64,000 nt of DNA, taken from the IMG/VR virus record IMGVR_UViG_2846458514_000001, positions 4,277 to 68,276 of that record. The stretch is one strand, 5' to 3'. Positions 55,435 through 63,837 of the stretch are shown here, piece by piece. Under the pieces are notes generated by a model that saw nothing but the letters and a program-made list of their open reading frames with translations, was not told the origin of the DNA and made no database searches. Both the position numbers and the translations under genes were made by a program. The DNA comes from a virus (taxonomy: Duplodnaviria; Caudoviricetes). Each line of letters starts with the position of its first letter. Position 1 is the first letter of the stretch.

Positions 55435-56700
55435 TCACCACGCATGGACCTGCATGATGTCCTCAAACCGCGTGGTATAGGCAGGTGACAGGAAGGCCTG
55501 CCGCGGGCGCCAGTCCTGCCGCGTGCCGGTCGCCAGCGGGCGCACGGTCCCGCGGCCAAACCGGGCATTGAGGGCGTCCATCGTTGCCATCACGCTTTCG
55601 GCGCGTTGTGGATCGCGGGTTGAGAACAGCGCGCCCTGCCGCGCGGCCGGTGCCAGAGCGTCAAGAATGACGCCAGCCTTGAAATACCGATATCCCGGTT
55701 TCCAGATTTTTCGCAGCAGCCGCAGTGATGCCGCGATCAGCGCCATCGTATCATTGGTCGGCTCGATGCTGATCGATTGCTGGTTGGCATACCATCCCGC
55801 CTCGGTCGATGTGCGGGGGTTAGTCCGTATGAAAACACTGATGCTGCCGGCATGCAGCCGATCGCGTCGGAGTTTGGCTGCGGCCGTCGTCGCATATGAA
55901 GCGACGGCCTCGCGCAGATCCGACCAGTTGTCGATCGGCCTGCCGAATGTGCGCGTACAGGCGAGTCCCTGTCGTGGAGCTGCCAGATCCGCCAGGGGGA
56001 GGCACGATTGCCCCTGCAGTTCCGCCTGCACCCGCGCACCCACGACCGTAAGCAGGTTGCGGACGGCGCGTGTATCCATCTCGACAAAATCCGCGATCGT
56101 GTGAATGCCTGCCCGCCGGAGGCGTTCGGCCCCCTTGCGGCCTATGCCCCACACATCCTCGATGTCAGTCCGGCGGTACCAGTCATGCCGGAGGGCCGTA
56201 TCATTGAGATCGCACAGCCCCTGTAGCGCGGGATCCGCTTTTGCGATGCGGTTGGCCACCTTGGCTATGGTCTTCGTTGGCCCCCAGCCAATGCAGGTCG
56301 GAATCTTGGAGATTTCCAGAACGTCACGCCGCAGGTCCGCGCAGAAGGTGGCCAGATCATATGGGAGCGCCGTGAGGTCGAGGAACATTTCATCGATCGA
56401 GTAGGGTTCGACGCGGGGAACCCGATATTCCAGCACCTGGAACATGCGTCGGCTCATGTCAGCATACAGCGGATAATTGCTCGAGTACCACCGCACGCCC
56501 TGGAGTGCTGGGCGCCTGCGTGCCAGATGCCATGGCTCGCCCATCTTGATGCCCAGCTGCTTGGCCTCGGCCGTCCGGGCGATCGCGCACCCGTCGTTGT
56601 TGCTCAGAACCACGACGGGCGAGTTCCTGATGCTGGCGTCAAAGGCCCGCTGGCAGGAACAGTAAAACGAGTTCCCATCGATGAGGCCAAAGACCGGCAT
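55435..56700 (-). CDS. umuC: Y-family DNA polymerase V catalytic subunit
   Basis: IDGNSFYCSC, VVLSNNDGC, SSNY.LY.DMS.R, YSIDE, TKT.AK.AN, VWGIG, LSPAYTT. Confidence 0.95.
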   Translation of the reverse strand: MPVFGLIDGNSFYCSCQRAFDASIRNSPVVVLSNNDGCAIARTAEAKQLGIKMGEPWHLARRRPALQGVRWYSSNYPLYADMSRRMFQVLEYRVPRVEPYSIDEMFLDLTALPYDLATFCADLRRDVLEISKIPTCIGWGPTKTIAKVANRIAKADPALQGLCDLNDTALRHDWYRRTDIEDVWGIGRKGAERLRRAGIHTIADFVEMDTRAVRNLLTVVGARVQAELQGQSCLPLADLAAPRQGLACTRTFGRPIDNWSDLREAVASYATTAAAKLRRDRLHAGSISVFIRTNPRTSTEAGWYANQQSISIEPTNDTMALIAASLRLLRKIWKPGYRYFKAGVILDALAPAARQGALFSTRDPQRAESVMATMDALNARFGRGTVRPLATGTRQDWRPRQAFLSPAYTTRFEDIMQVHAW

Positions 56701-56702
56701 AT

Positions 56703-57089
56703 TCACACCTCGGTCCGCACCAGGGCGCAGACCACGGCCCATATCCCCGCGTCCTGGTCTCCGTCCACCGGGCGAAGGGTATGACCATCGCCCGAGCGGC
56801 CCGACCGCAGAAACCATCCGTTCCGGTTGCGGGTAATCTCGCAGACAATGGTCTGATCCTGCCAGCGTGCGATGACCACGTTGCCCGTGCGTGGCGATGC
56901 TGCCGTATCCACGATCAGCACATCCCCGTGCAGGATTCCGCGCGCGGACAGGGCATCTCCTACGACGCGCACCGGATACCGATTGGGACGATAGAGGTCG
57001 AGCACAGCGCTCAGATCAATAGGCCCCTCAGCGCTGTCCGCAGCAGGCGATGCAAATCCGGTTGTCCTGTCGCCTGCGTAGCCAGACAT
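56703..57089 (-). CDS. umuD: UmuD-like protein lacking the catalytic Ser/Lys
   Basis: GFASPAAD, V.GDAL...GI.HGD.LIVD; upstream of umuC. Confidence 0.8.
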   Translation of the reverse strand: MSGYAGDRTTGFASPAADSAEGPIDLSAVLDLYRPNRYPVRVVGDALSARGILHGDVLIVDTAASPRTGNVVIARWQDQTIVCEITRNRNGWFLRSGRSGDGHTLRPVDGDQDAGIWAVVCALVRTEV

Positions 57090-57117
57090 CGTCTGTTCCC
57101 CTTTCATTCGCAGAACC

Positions 57118-57132
57118 GAACGTAACATGAAC
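57118..57132 (-). promoter_or_regulatory. Alphaproteobacterial LexA (SOS) box
   Basis: GAAC-GTAACAT-GAAC (GTTC-N7-GTTC on the minus strand), 29 bp upstream of umuD. Confidence 0.85.
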
Positions 57133-57180
57133 ATCATGTAAGAAGTCAAGGGGCAAGCGGGTGACGCGCGGGGTAGCCGG

Positions 57181-57196
57181 GTCGTGACGATAGGAT
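57181..57196 (+). promoter_or_regulatory. Late-promoter motif GTCGTGACGA-TAGGAT
   Basis: Repeated motif. Confidence 0.6.
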
Positions 57197-57203
57197 GAAC
57201 GGG

Positions 57204-57221
57204 CGAGAATACCATTTATCG
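57204..57221 (+). repeat. Recombination-site-like element 5 (CGAGAA-TACCAT-TTATCG)
   Basis: Between umuD and the lipoprotein gene. Confidence 0.75.
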
Positions 57222-57263
57222 CGCGTAAAGCGCGACCTGCTGCATGCGGCCGAAGGAGATATC

Positions 57264-57950
57264 ATGAGCGTCGAACGGAAATCGCTTTTCAGGCAGTTCG
57301 CGATTCCAAAAGGGGGTGCCGCCAATTTTATGCCCTGTATGATAGCAGGCGCCATTCTCATCATGGCGGTGGCGTTTCTGACTGGATGCAGCGACCGGCC
57401 GCAGGTTGCCACCACGATCCCCCAGGCAATGGCGTCCATACAGGACAGCCTGGCGCGTTCGGGGGCGGTGTCTGTCTCCCATGCAGCATCCTGGACGCCC
57501 GAGCAGGCAACCAGGTTTGAGCAGGATGTGCAGGCCGTCCAGTGCTCGCAACAGCGGTCTGATCCTGTGGTGGGGGTTTTAGCCGGCACCGTGACGGGCA
57601 CCCTGTCTGTGCAGTTCACACAGGGCGCACAGGCAACGGTCGGCGCGCTGACAACGGCACCGACCATCGGAGCAGAACTGAGCGGGAGCCGGACCCATGG
57701 GCAATCCCTGACAGTTCCTCTGTCGTACGCACCGCTGTCCTCCCTGCCTGACGTCGAGATGTCGCGGCAAATTGGCTACGAGACGGAGCTGCTCGCCCAA
57801 AATGATGACACGCGGCACCAAGAAGCGGCGCGGCTGATTCAGGACCGGGAAGAGCTGCGGGCGCATGTCGCGGAACTGATTGCAAACTGGGATATGGCTC
57901 AGTGCGCTCCGCACGCGCCAGTCGCACCACTTGTCGGCGTAAGGAGATAA
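57264..57950 (+). CDS. Putative lipoprotein
   Basis: AAGGAG SD; hydrophobic stretch with FLTGC lipobox. Confidence 0.6.
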   Translation: MSVERKSLFRQFAIPKGGAANFMPCMIAGAILIMAVAFLTGCSDRPQVATTIPQAMASIQDSLARSGAVSVSHAASWTPEQATRFEQDVQAVQCSQQRSDPVVGVLAGTVTGTLSVQFTQGAQATVGALTTAPTIGAELSGSRTHGQSLTVPLSYAPLSSLPDVEMSRQIGYETELLAQNDDTRHQEAARLIQDREELRAHVAELIANWDMAQCAPHAPVAPLVGVRR

Positions 57951-58099
57951 GCACTCTAAAAAGATGAAGTCACAATATACAACAAATAACAAAAAACAGG
58001 ACTATTGTATAAAAGTCTTGACGACGTTTGGGGGAAGTATTCTAGGATGAGGGATGTCACGAGTTCGTGGCATAACATCCAGCCTGAAAGGAAAGGAGA

Positions 58100-58417
58100 A
58101 TGAAACTCTCCGATCAAATGCAACGCTTTGTAAAAGCCTCTGATATGACGCAAGTCATTGCCCTTCTTGATGCCCTTTTGGCGGCTCCTGGCCACATGCT
58201 ATCTGCCACAGATCTACCCCGGGCCTTCCTTCGTGGGCGGTTTCGGGGAAAGGTCGGATATACCTCGCTCCGGAAAGCAGTTATTACTGCCATCAAAGAG
58301 AACCTTATCCATCAGGATAATTCGTTCTTTAAATTGAATTCATTCACTCCAGAACAAATCGAACGGCTGCGGTTGTTTATTAACGCCGCGCACCGTAGAG
58401 TCACATACGGAACATAA
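58100..58417 (+). CDS. Hypothetical (winged-helix-like) protein
   Basis: AAGGAG SD; lower GC. Confidence 0.55.
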   Translation: MKLSDQMQRFVKASDMTQVIALLDALLAAPGHMLSATDLPRAFLRGRFRGKVGYTSLRKAVITAIKENLIHQDNSFFKLNSFTPEQIERLRLFINAAHRRVTYGT

Positions 58418-58471
58418 TCCGTATAAGTTATGGATAAGACCCCGCCCCTTATTGAGGGGCGGGGTTGTGCG

Positions 58472-58852
58472 TTACGATGAAGACGTCGTCGTTTTCTTCT
58501 CAATCACCTGTTTTAACTTCGTCGGCAGGTGAAGCCGCGTCGGCGTGACAGGAATACCGCTCTTATCGAGGATCGTGGTTGCAGTCGGCTTCTGCACCCG
58601 ATCCACCATGACGGCAGTTTTCCCGCGGCGCACCGCGTTGACGGCCCATCCGACGTTGGCCGCAATGCCATTGATCAGGACGTAGATGATGCCCTCGATC
58701 CGCGCGCCAGGCGGTGGCGGCTGGATGATGGCGGCCGCAATGGCGCACGCCGCGATCACGGTGCATACGGGGGCCACGTACTGCTGCGGCACCTCGTAGA
58801 GCAGGATGGAAAATGCGGCGGTAATGGATGCCAGTGACGACGACGGTTTCAT
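58472..58852 (-). CDS. Holin-like membrane protein
   Basis: TM segments; IAANVGWA.NA; coupled to the endolysin. Confidence 0.6.
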   Translation of the reverse strand: MKPSSSLASITAAFSILLYEVPQQYVAPVCTVIAACAIAAAIIQPPPPGARIEGIIYVLINGIAANVGWAVNAVRRGKTAVMVDRVQKPTATTILDKSGIPVTPTRLHLPTKLKQVIEKKTTTSSS

Positions 58853-59490
58853 GATGCAGCCTTTCGCGCGGCATTGGATAATTGGAATGCACTGGTGACA
58901 CGACGCGCGGTGCGGCCAAGCCAGTCAGTACCGAATTCAGTGAACCCGGCATCGCGCCGGTAGACATTGTCCTGTAACGATCCGAGCGCGCAGATTTGCA
59001 CCAGATCCAGCGCATCCGCTGTGGCGATCGCGTCAAGGGTCACGGGGCCAATAATCCCGTCGGCCGGCACCCCGAGGCTGCCCTGCAGTCGCATCGCAAA
59101 AAGCGGTGCAATCAATCTTGTCGGTGTCAGGGATGACCTGACTTCATCCAGCAGACGCAGGCTCGTTTCCTCGCCCGTGTTGAATGCCTCGTCCACCACC
59201 ATCAGGTTGATCCCGGATGGCAGTTCCGCGCCGCCGCACGGGGTCCAGAACAGATCAGCATATATCTGGGAAAATGTAACTTCAGTTAGGCCGCGCATAT
59301 CGGCCTCGGTCGGTACGCGGTTCAGCCAGCCACGAAGGCATGGCGCGGAGATTCCCATATTGGTACCGATCAGGATCCCGTGCCCAATTTCTCCCCCTGT
59401 CCAGTTGCCTGGGTCAGAAGAGCATTTCTGATAACCGCCCTCCTCGTTCAGCGTGAAGTCGGCGCAGAAATCAAGGTCGGTTTTTGGCAT
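58849..59490 (-). CDS. GH108 endolysin
   Basis: EEGGY...DPG, GTNMGIS, D.AFN.G, ADGIIGP.T peptidoglycan-binding motif, FG..W..R. Confidence 0.88.
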   Translation of the reverse strand: MPKTDLDFCADFTLNEEGGYQKCSSDPGNWTGGEIGHGILIGTNMGISAPCLRGWLNRVPTEADMRGLTEVTFSQIYADLFWTPCGGAELPSGINLMVVDEAFNTGEETSLRLLDEVRSSLTPTRLIAPLFAMRLQGSLGVPADGIIGPVTLDAIATADALDLVQICALGSLQDNVYRRDAGFTEFGTDWLGRTARRVTSAFQLSNAARKAAS

Positions 59491-59538
59491 CGTTATTCCT
59501 AGATATATATGGTTTCCGAAACCATATTTAATCCGGAT

Positions 59539-59554
59539 ATCATGCCGTCACGAC
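59539..59554 (-). promoter_or_regulatory. Late-promoter motif GTCGTGACGG-CATGAT driving the lysis genes
   Basis: Reverse-complement copy identical to 7859-7874. Confidence 0.65.
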
Positions 59555-59663
59555 CTCACGAATAACATATATTACCACGAGTAACGCTAATTTTCTGCCA
59601 AACTTAGGATAATCCGCTTGACGGGATAAACGTTTTCCGCTCTGGTTATTAAACCATGGACAT

Positions 59664-59882
59664 ATGGAGATAACCATGCAGTTTGAACGATCCGCTGTCG
59701 CCCCCTCTCCGACGCAGACACCTGTGGAGGTTTTGGAAACATTCTGGCGTCGTAAGAAAATGGAAGCTGAAAATTCAGCGTTCCGGACGGGCGTCATCTC
59801 GGGCGCGGCCGTATGTGCGGCGCTTGCATGCGGCGTGTGGGCAATCAATATCGCGCTGCACTACCTGATCGGGACAATCTGA
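59664..59882 (+). CDS. Small membrane protein
   Basis: C-terminal TM segment. Confidence 0.5.
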   Translation: MEITMQFERSAVAPSPTQTPVEVLETFWRRKKMEAENSAFRTGVISGAAVCAALACGVWAINIALHYLIGTI

Positions 59883-59883
59883 C

Positions 59884-60240
59884 GTGGAGAACATGGCCCG
59901 TGGTGCAGACACACACTGCGCTCTGTTTGAAATTCTCCACCATGGTTATCTGGGTGGCGACGCTTCTGGAATCGCTACCGTTCGACAGTGGTGCGTATTC
60001 CTTTGCGCCGATCGCGAGGAGTTTGTGCGCAATATCGCAAAGGTGGTCGGGATTAGCAAAGGAGCAGCCGTTCGCGCGATTGATGCGCTGGCGGCGGAGG
60101 GGCTTGTCGAACGTGTGACAAACGCGGCTGACCGACGCTCCCCATACATCCGTGTCACTCCCAAGGGGTCGCGTCTCATCGCATCCGCGCGTAAGCGTCT
60201 GGACGCCGTTTTCCGGCGCCAGATGGATAACCGTCGATAA
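59884..60240 (+). CDS. MarR-like winged-helix protein
   Basis: IA..VGISKGAAVRAIDAL...GLVER.....DRR...IRVT.KG. Confidence 0.8.
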   Translation: MENMARGADTHCALFEILHHGYLGGDASGIATVRQWCVFLCADREEFVRNIAKVVGISKGAAVRAIDALAAEGLVERVTNAADRRSPYIRVTPKGSRLIASARKRLDAVFRRQMDNRR

Positions 60241-60252
60241 TCGTTATTCTCG
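60235..60252 (-). repeat. Recombination-site-like element 6 (CGAGAA-TAACGA-TTATCG)
   Basis: + strand reads CGATAATCGTTATTCTCG and supplies the MarR stop codon. Confidence 0.75.
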
Positions 60253-60266
60253 CGGGTAAACCGAAA

Positions 60267-61007
60267 ATGGAATTTTCCAGCACCAGATTGCGGGGCGATG
60301 CGACAGGGTCGCATGCGACCCAGCCATGGAAACAGACCTATACGGGCATGAAGTTCGATCTGCTCGATCCTCGGCCCGAGCAGGTGCGTCTGATGGATAT
60401 CGGCGTGCATCTTTCTCGCACACCGCGTTTCAATGGCGCGACGACGGTTGAAAGCTGGAACGTCGCGCAGCATTCGCTGCTTGTGCGCGACATCCTCCTG
60501 CAACTTTATCCTGATGCGGGGCCGATAGTTCAGATCTATGCCCTGCTGCACGATGCGCATGAGGCCTACACGGGCGACATCACCACCCCGATGAAAATGG
60601 CTATCCGCGCAGTCCTGCGCTCGGCCGGCCGGTCCGACGATCCCGTCGAGATCCTCCAACACCGGATACAGAAGGCGGTCCACAGGCATTTCCGCCTGCC
60701 GGAAATGGCCAGCGTTTCCATTATGGAACGTGTGCACCGGGCCGACATGCATGCCCTGTCGTGCGAAAAAGAGGCGTTCATGGGGCCGTCACCGGACAGT
60801 TGGGGCAATCTGGCCCCGGTCATCAGGGGCACCGCGCCGGAGCCTCTGGGTGCGGAGGACAGCGCCATCCTGTTCATCGGGGCTGTGCGCGAATGCCTGG
60901 AGGCTCTGGGACTGCTCATTTTCTGTGAGGTTGATGATCAGTGTTCCGTCCTGGTGGCGGAAATGGAGGGTGCAAAGTGCGAAAGGGGCAATCGTGAACT
61001 GGCCTGA
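60267..61007 (+). CDS. HD-domain deoxynucleotide hydrolase (YfbR-like)
   Basis: LS..PRFNG, VAQHS, ALLHDAHEAY.GDI.TP.K. Confidence 0.85.
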   Translation: MEFSSTRLRGDATGSHATQPWKQTYTGMKFDLLDPRPEQVRLMDIGVHLSRTPRFNGATTVESWNVAQHSLLVRDILLQLYPDAGPIVQIYALLHDAHEAYTGDITTPMKMAIRAVLRSAGRSDDPVEILQHRIQKAVHRHFRLPEMASVSIMERVHRADMHALSCEKEAFMGPSPDSWGNLAPVIRGTAPEPLGAEDSAILFIGAVRECLEALGLLIFCEVDDQCSVLVAEMEGAKCERGNRELA

Positions 61008-61563
61008 TCGCATTGACAATTATTGCGCCGTCACCGGGTTTCCGCGCTCGCTGTTCGTGGATGGGACCGGTCGCGTGGTCGGCACATGGATCATGGGGGC
61101 CGATTATCGTGTCTCAAGCGGGTATTATGGGGGCTATCCGGCGGGATACCTGAAACGGGTCCGCGCGCTGTTTCCCGAAAAACGCAGCACTCTGCACCTG
61201 TTTAGCGGATGCGTGGATCTGGCTGCGTTTCCCGGCGACACCGTGGATATCAATCCGGACCGATCCCCGACATATGTCGATTGCGCGCAAACCCTGACCA
61301 ATGTCCCGCTGGACAAATATGACCTCGTGCTGGCGGACCCGCCGTATTCGGTCGAGGACTGCGAGCATTACGGCACCACCATGGTCAAGCGGAACCTCGT
61401 CATGCGCGCGCTGCAGCGCCTGCCGGCAGGGGCGCATATCGTATGGCTGGACCAGGTGCTGCCGATGTTTCGAAAGGACCATTTCATGGTCGAGGCCACC
61501 ATTGGGATGTGGAAAAGCACCAACCACCGCTTTCGCGGGGTAACAGTATTCCGCCGTCTCTGA
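60994..61563 (+). CDS. Small amino-methyltransferase-like protein
   Basis: YYGGYP, LHLFSG, VDI, LADPPY. Confidence 0.7.
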   Translation: MNWPDRIDNYCAVTGFPRSLFVDGTGRVVGTWIMGADYRVSSGYYGGYPAGYLKRVRALFPEKRSTLHLFSGCVDLAAFPGDTVDINPDRSPTYVDCAQTLTNVPLDKYDLVLADPPYSVEDCEHYGTTMVKRNLVMRALQRLPAGAHIVWLDQVLPMFRKDHFMVEATIGMWKSTNHRFRGVTVFRRL

Positions 61564-61674
61564 ACAAGTATCCATGGATATGACGGAAATAATCGAACGT
61601 ATTCGAACGCCATGGCGGATTGACCGTGTGACGGATGCCCGCGCGCATGCGCCGCATGGCCAATCAGGGCCAGC

Positions 61675-62049
61675 ATGACGGAGAATTTCATGAGTGCAGA
61701 AAGGGGAGCCGCCACGTCGTTTTCCCAGCTGGTCGCCCAGGTTGAGGACGGTCAGTTCAATCACGACGCCGGGGATGCCATCCAGGACCTCGTCGCCGCG
61801 ATGAGTGATGCGGCCATGTCCAAAAATGGCCGCAGCAAGGGAAAAATTGCGATCACGATCGGCTTCGAACTGGAAGGCGGCGTCATCACGACGACGACCG
61901 ATTTCAAGGTGACGAAGCCGCGCATGGCGCGTGCGAAATCCGTGTTCTGGGCCACGCCCGAGAACCACCTGACCAGGCGCAACCCGCGCCAGCAGGAAAT
62001 GGAACTGCGTGAGGTTCCGACGTCATCGTCACCCATCAGGAACGTATAA
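61675..62049 (+). CDS. Conserved phage hypothetical protein
   Basis: FWATPEN.L.R.NPRQ motif; typical upstream partner of DUF2303. Confidence 0.7.
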   Translation: MTENFMSAERGAATSFSQLVAQVEDGQFNHDAGDAIQDLVAAMSDAAMSKNGRSKGKIAITIGFELEGGVITTTTDFKVTKPRMARAKSVFWATPENHLTRRNPRQQEMELREVPTSSSPIRNV

Positions 62050-63017
62050 TGTCTGAAAAAACTCCCGAAAAAATCGCCGCCGTCGATAATTCCGGCGCCG
62101 CCGTCGTGCGCGATATCATGCCGGCCGCCATTGGCCCCAAGGGTATGATGGTGGATCGTGGTACTGATGCGAGCGCGGTGGTCCTCTCGGTTCCGGACGG
62201 CGTGAAGCTGCATTCGGTCAAGGCGTTTCTGGACGAAAACCGGATTGTGCCCGAACGGCGCAAGGGCACTGCGGTGTTCACCGACGTTCCGTCGTTCTGT
62301 GCCCATGCATTACGTTTCCAGGCGGTAAACAGCGTCATTTTCGCGAATGATGACCGCGAAAACCCGTCCATGATGTCCGTCCTCGATTATCATGAGGCCG
62401 GCCCTGACGAGCGCACCGGCACGCATAACTGCGAACATCGTGGCCTGTACCGATTCCCCCTGTCTGATGAATGGAAGGCATGGCAGGCGTTTGAAAAGCG
62501 CGGTTATGTCAGCATCACCGATTTTGCCGAATTCATCGAAAACCGGCTTCTGGACGTGATGGAGCCGATTTCCTCCACGCCGGTGGATGGCGAAAGCCCG
62601 CTGGACGCCGCAATGCGCGAGACCGTGGCCAAGCTGGGCGGAAACCTCGCTGATTCACACAGGCTCCTGGAACTGTCCCGCGGGCTGAAGGTGCACGAGA
62701 ACAGCAGGGTGGCGCAGGCGGTCAATCTGTCCAGCGGCGAGGGGCAGATGGTTTTCCAGACCGAGCATGCGGATGAGAAGGGCGAGCCGCTCAAGGTGCC
62801 GAACCTGTTCCTGATCGCGATCCCGGTATTCGCCAACGACGCGGCGTATCGACTGCTGGTGCGCCTGCGGTACCGCCTGCGCGGAGGTTCGGTGACCTGG
62901 GCTGTGGAGCGCTATCGCGCGGATGTCGCGTTTGACGATGCGTTCGCGGGTGTCCTGTTGCAGGCCAGTGGAACGACACAGATGCCCGTGATGCGGGGCA
63001 AGCCCGAAATTTCCTGA
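62049..63017 (+). CDS. DUF2303-family phage protein
   Basis: P.RRKGT...SF, LDYH, S.EW.AW, FAEFIE, IPVF...RLRYR. Confidence 0.8.
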   Translation: MSEKTPEKIAAVDNSGAAVVRDIMPAAIGPKGMMVDRGTDASAVVLSVPDGVKLHSVKAFLDENRIVPERRKGTAVFTDVPSFCAHALRFQAVNSVIFANDDRENPSMMSVLDYHEAGPDERTGTHNCEHRGLYRFPLSDEWKAWQAFEKRGYVSITDFAEFIENRLLDVMEPISSTPVDGESPLDAAMRETVAKLGGNLADSHRLLELSRGLKVHENSRVAQAVNLSSGEGQMVFQTEHADEKGEPLKVPNLFLIAIPVFANDAAYRLLVRLRYRLRGGSVTWAVERYRADVAFDDAFAGVLLQASGTTQMPVMRGKPEIS

Positions 63018-63073
63018 CCTTCCCGCCACCATGCTTCCCCGGGTGACCGGGGAAGCAGCACCGGAATGATGCC

Positions 63074-63253
63074 ATGACGTTTGATTCCTTTCTGATTTTC
63101 GTCAAAGAACTGGTTTTCATACGCTCCGCCACGGACATGTCGGCCCGTGCCGATATGGAGGATGCCTGCCGGACCTGCTTTACCCAGCGGATGTCCATCT
63201 CCGATACCGCGAACCATCTCATCGAGATGGACCAGGTGGAGGAAGCGGCATGA
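63074..63253 (+). CDS. Small hypothetical protein
   Basis: 59-aa ORF, ATGA-coupled to the next gene. Confidence 0.45.
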   Translation: MTFDSFLIFVKELVFIRSATDMSARADMEDACRTCFTQRMSISDTANHLIEMDQVEEAA

Positions 63254-63837
63254 AAACCGCAAACCTGACGCACGAACGCCTGGATGCCGCCGATAAGGGT
63301 AATTCCCGCCGGTTACCGGATGTGCCCGAAAACAACGGCTGGCCCGGGGAGTTGGGAAAGCCGGAAAAGTCCCACGTTGACGGGCGGCATTGGGTCGCAG
63401 CCATACGCGGCGACCGCGTGGGTGCCCCCTTCCCGATCGCCTGGTCGGCACAGGCGGGCTGGGGCGGATTTGATTACACGCCAGCCGAGTTTGGCGCACG
63501 CTACATCTACCACGGTGCGGTGCTGACTCCGTCGCAGGTGCGCGCCCTGGTGTACGAGGTCCGGCATGCGGCCTACGCTGCAGGCAGGGCATCACTGGCC
63601 CAGACGTCAAAGGGTGACGTCGCAGATGCGATGCAATGGAGACGTGTATCCGTCCTGATGCCAGCAGAGGATTGGTTTGAGGACGAGGGCGACGTGCTTT
63701 GGCATCGCCCTGACGAACATGGAAAGCTATGCGAGGCACCTATCGTTGGACACCCATTATCCAGCGATTGGGATGATGATGACATGGCCCCTTACACACT
63801 GTGGTCGCGTATCCCCAACATCGTGCAGAAGCCGTAA
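63250..63837 (+). CDS. Hypothetical phage protein
   Basis: W.EDEGDVLW...P.VG.PL.SDW motif. Confidence 0.6.
   Translation: MKTANLTHERLDAADKGNSRRLPDVPENNGWPGELGKPEKSHVDGRHWVAAIRGDRVGAPFPIAWSAQAGWGGFDYTPAEFGARYIYHGAVLTPSQVRALVYEVRHAAYAAGRASLAQTSKGDVADAMQWRRVSVLMPAEDWFEDEGDVLWHRPDEHGKLCEAPIVGHPLSSDWDDDDMAPYTLWSRIPNIVQKP
63291..63308 (-). repeat. Recombination-site-like element 7 (CGGGAA-TTACCC-TTATCG)
   Basis: + strand reads CGATAAGGGTAATTCCCG; in the 5' end of ORF 63250. Confidence 0.7.
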
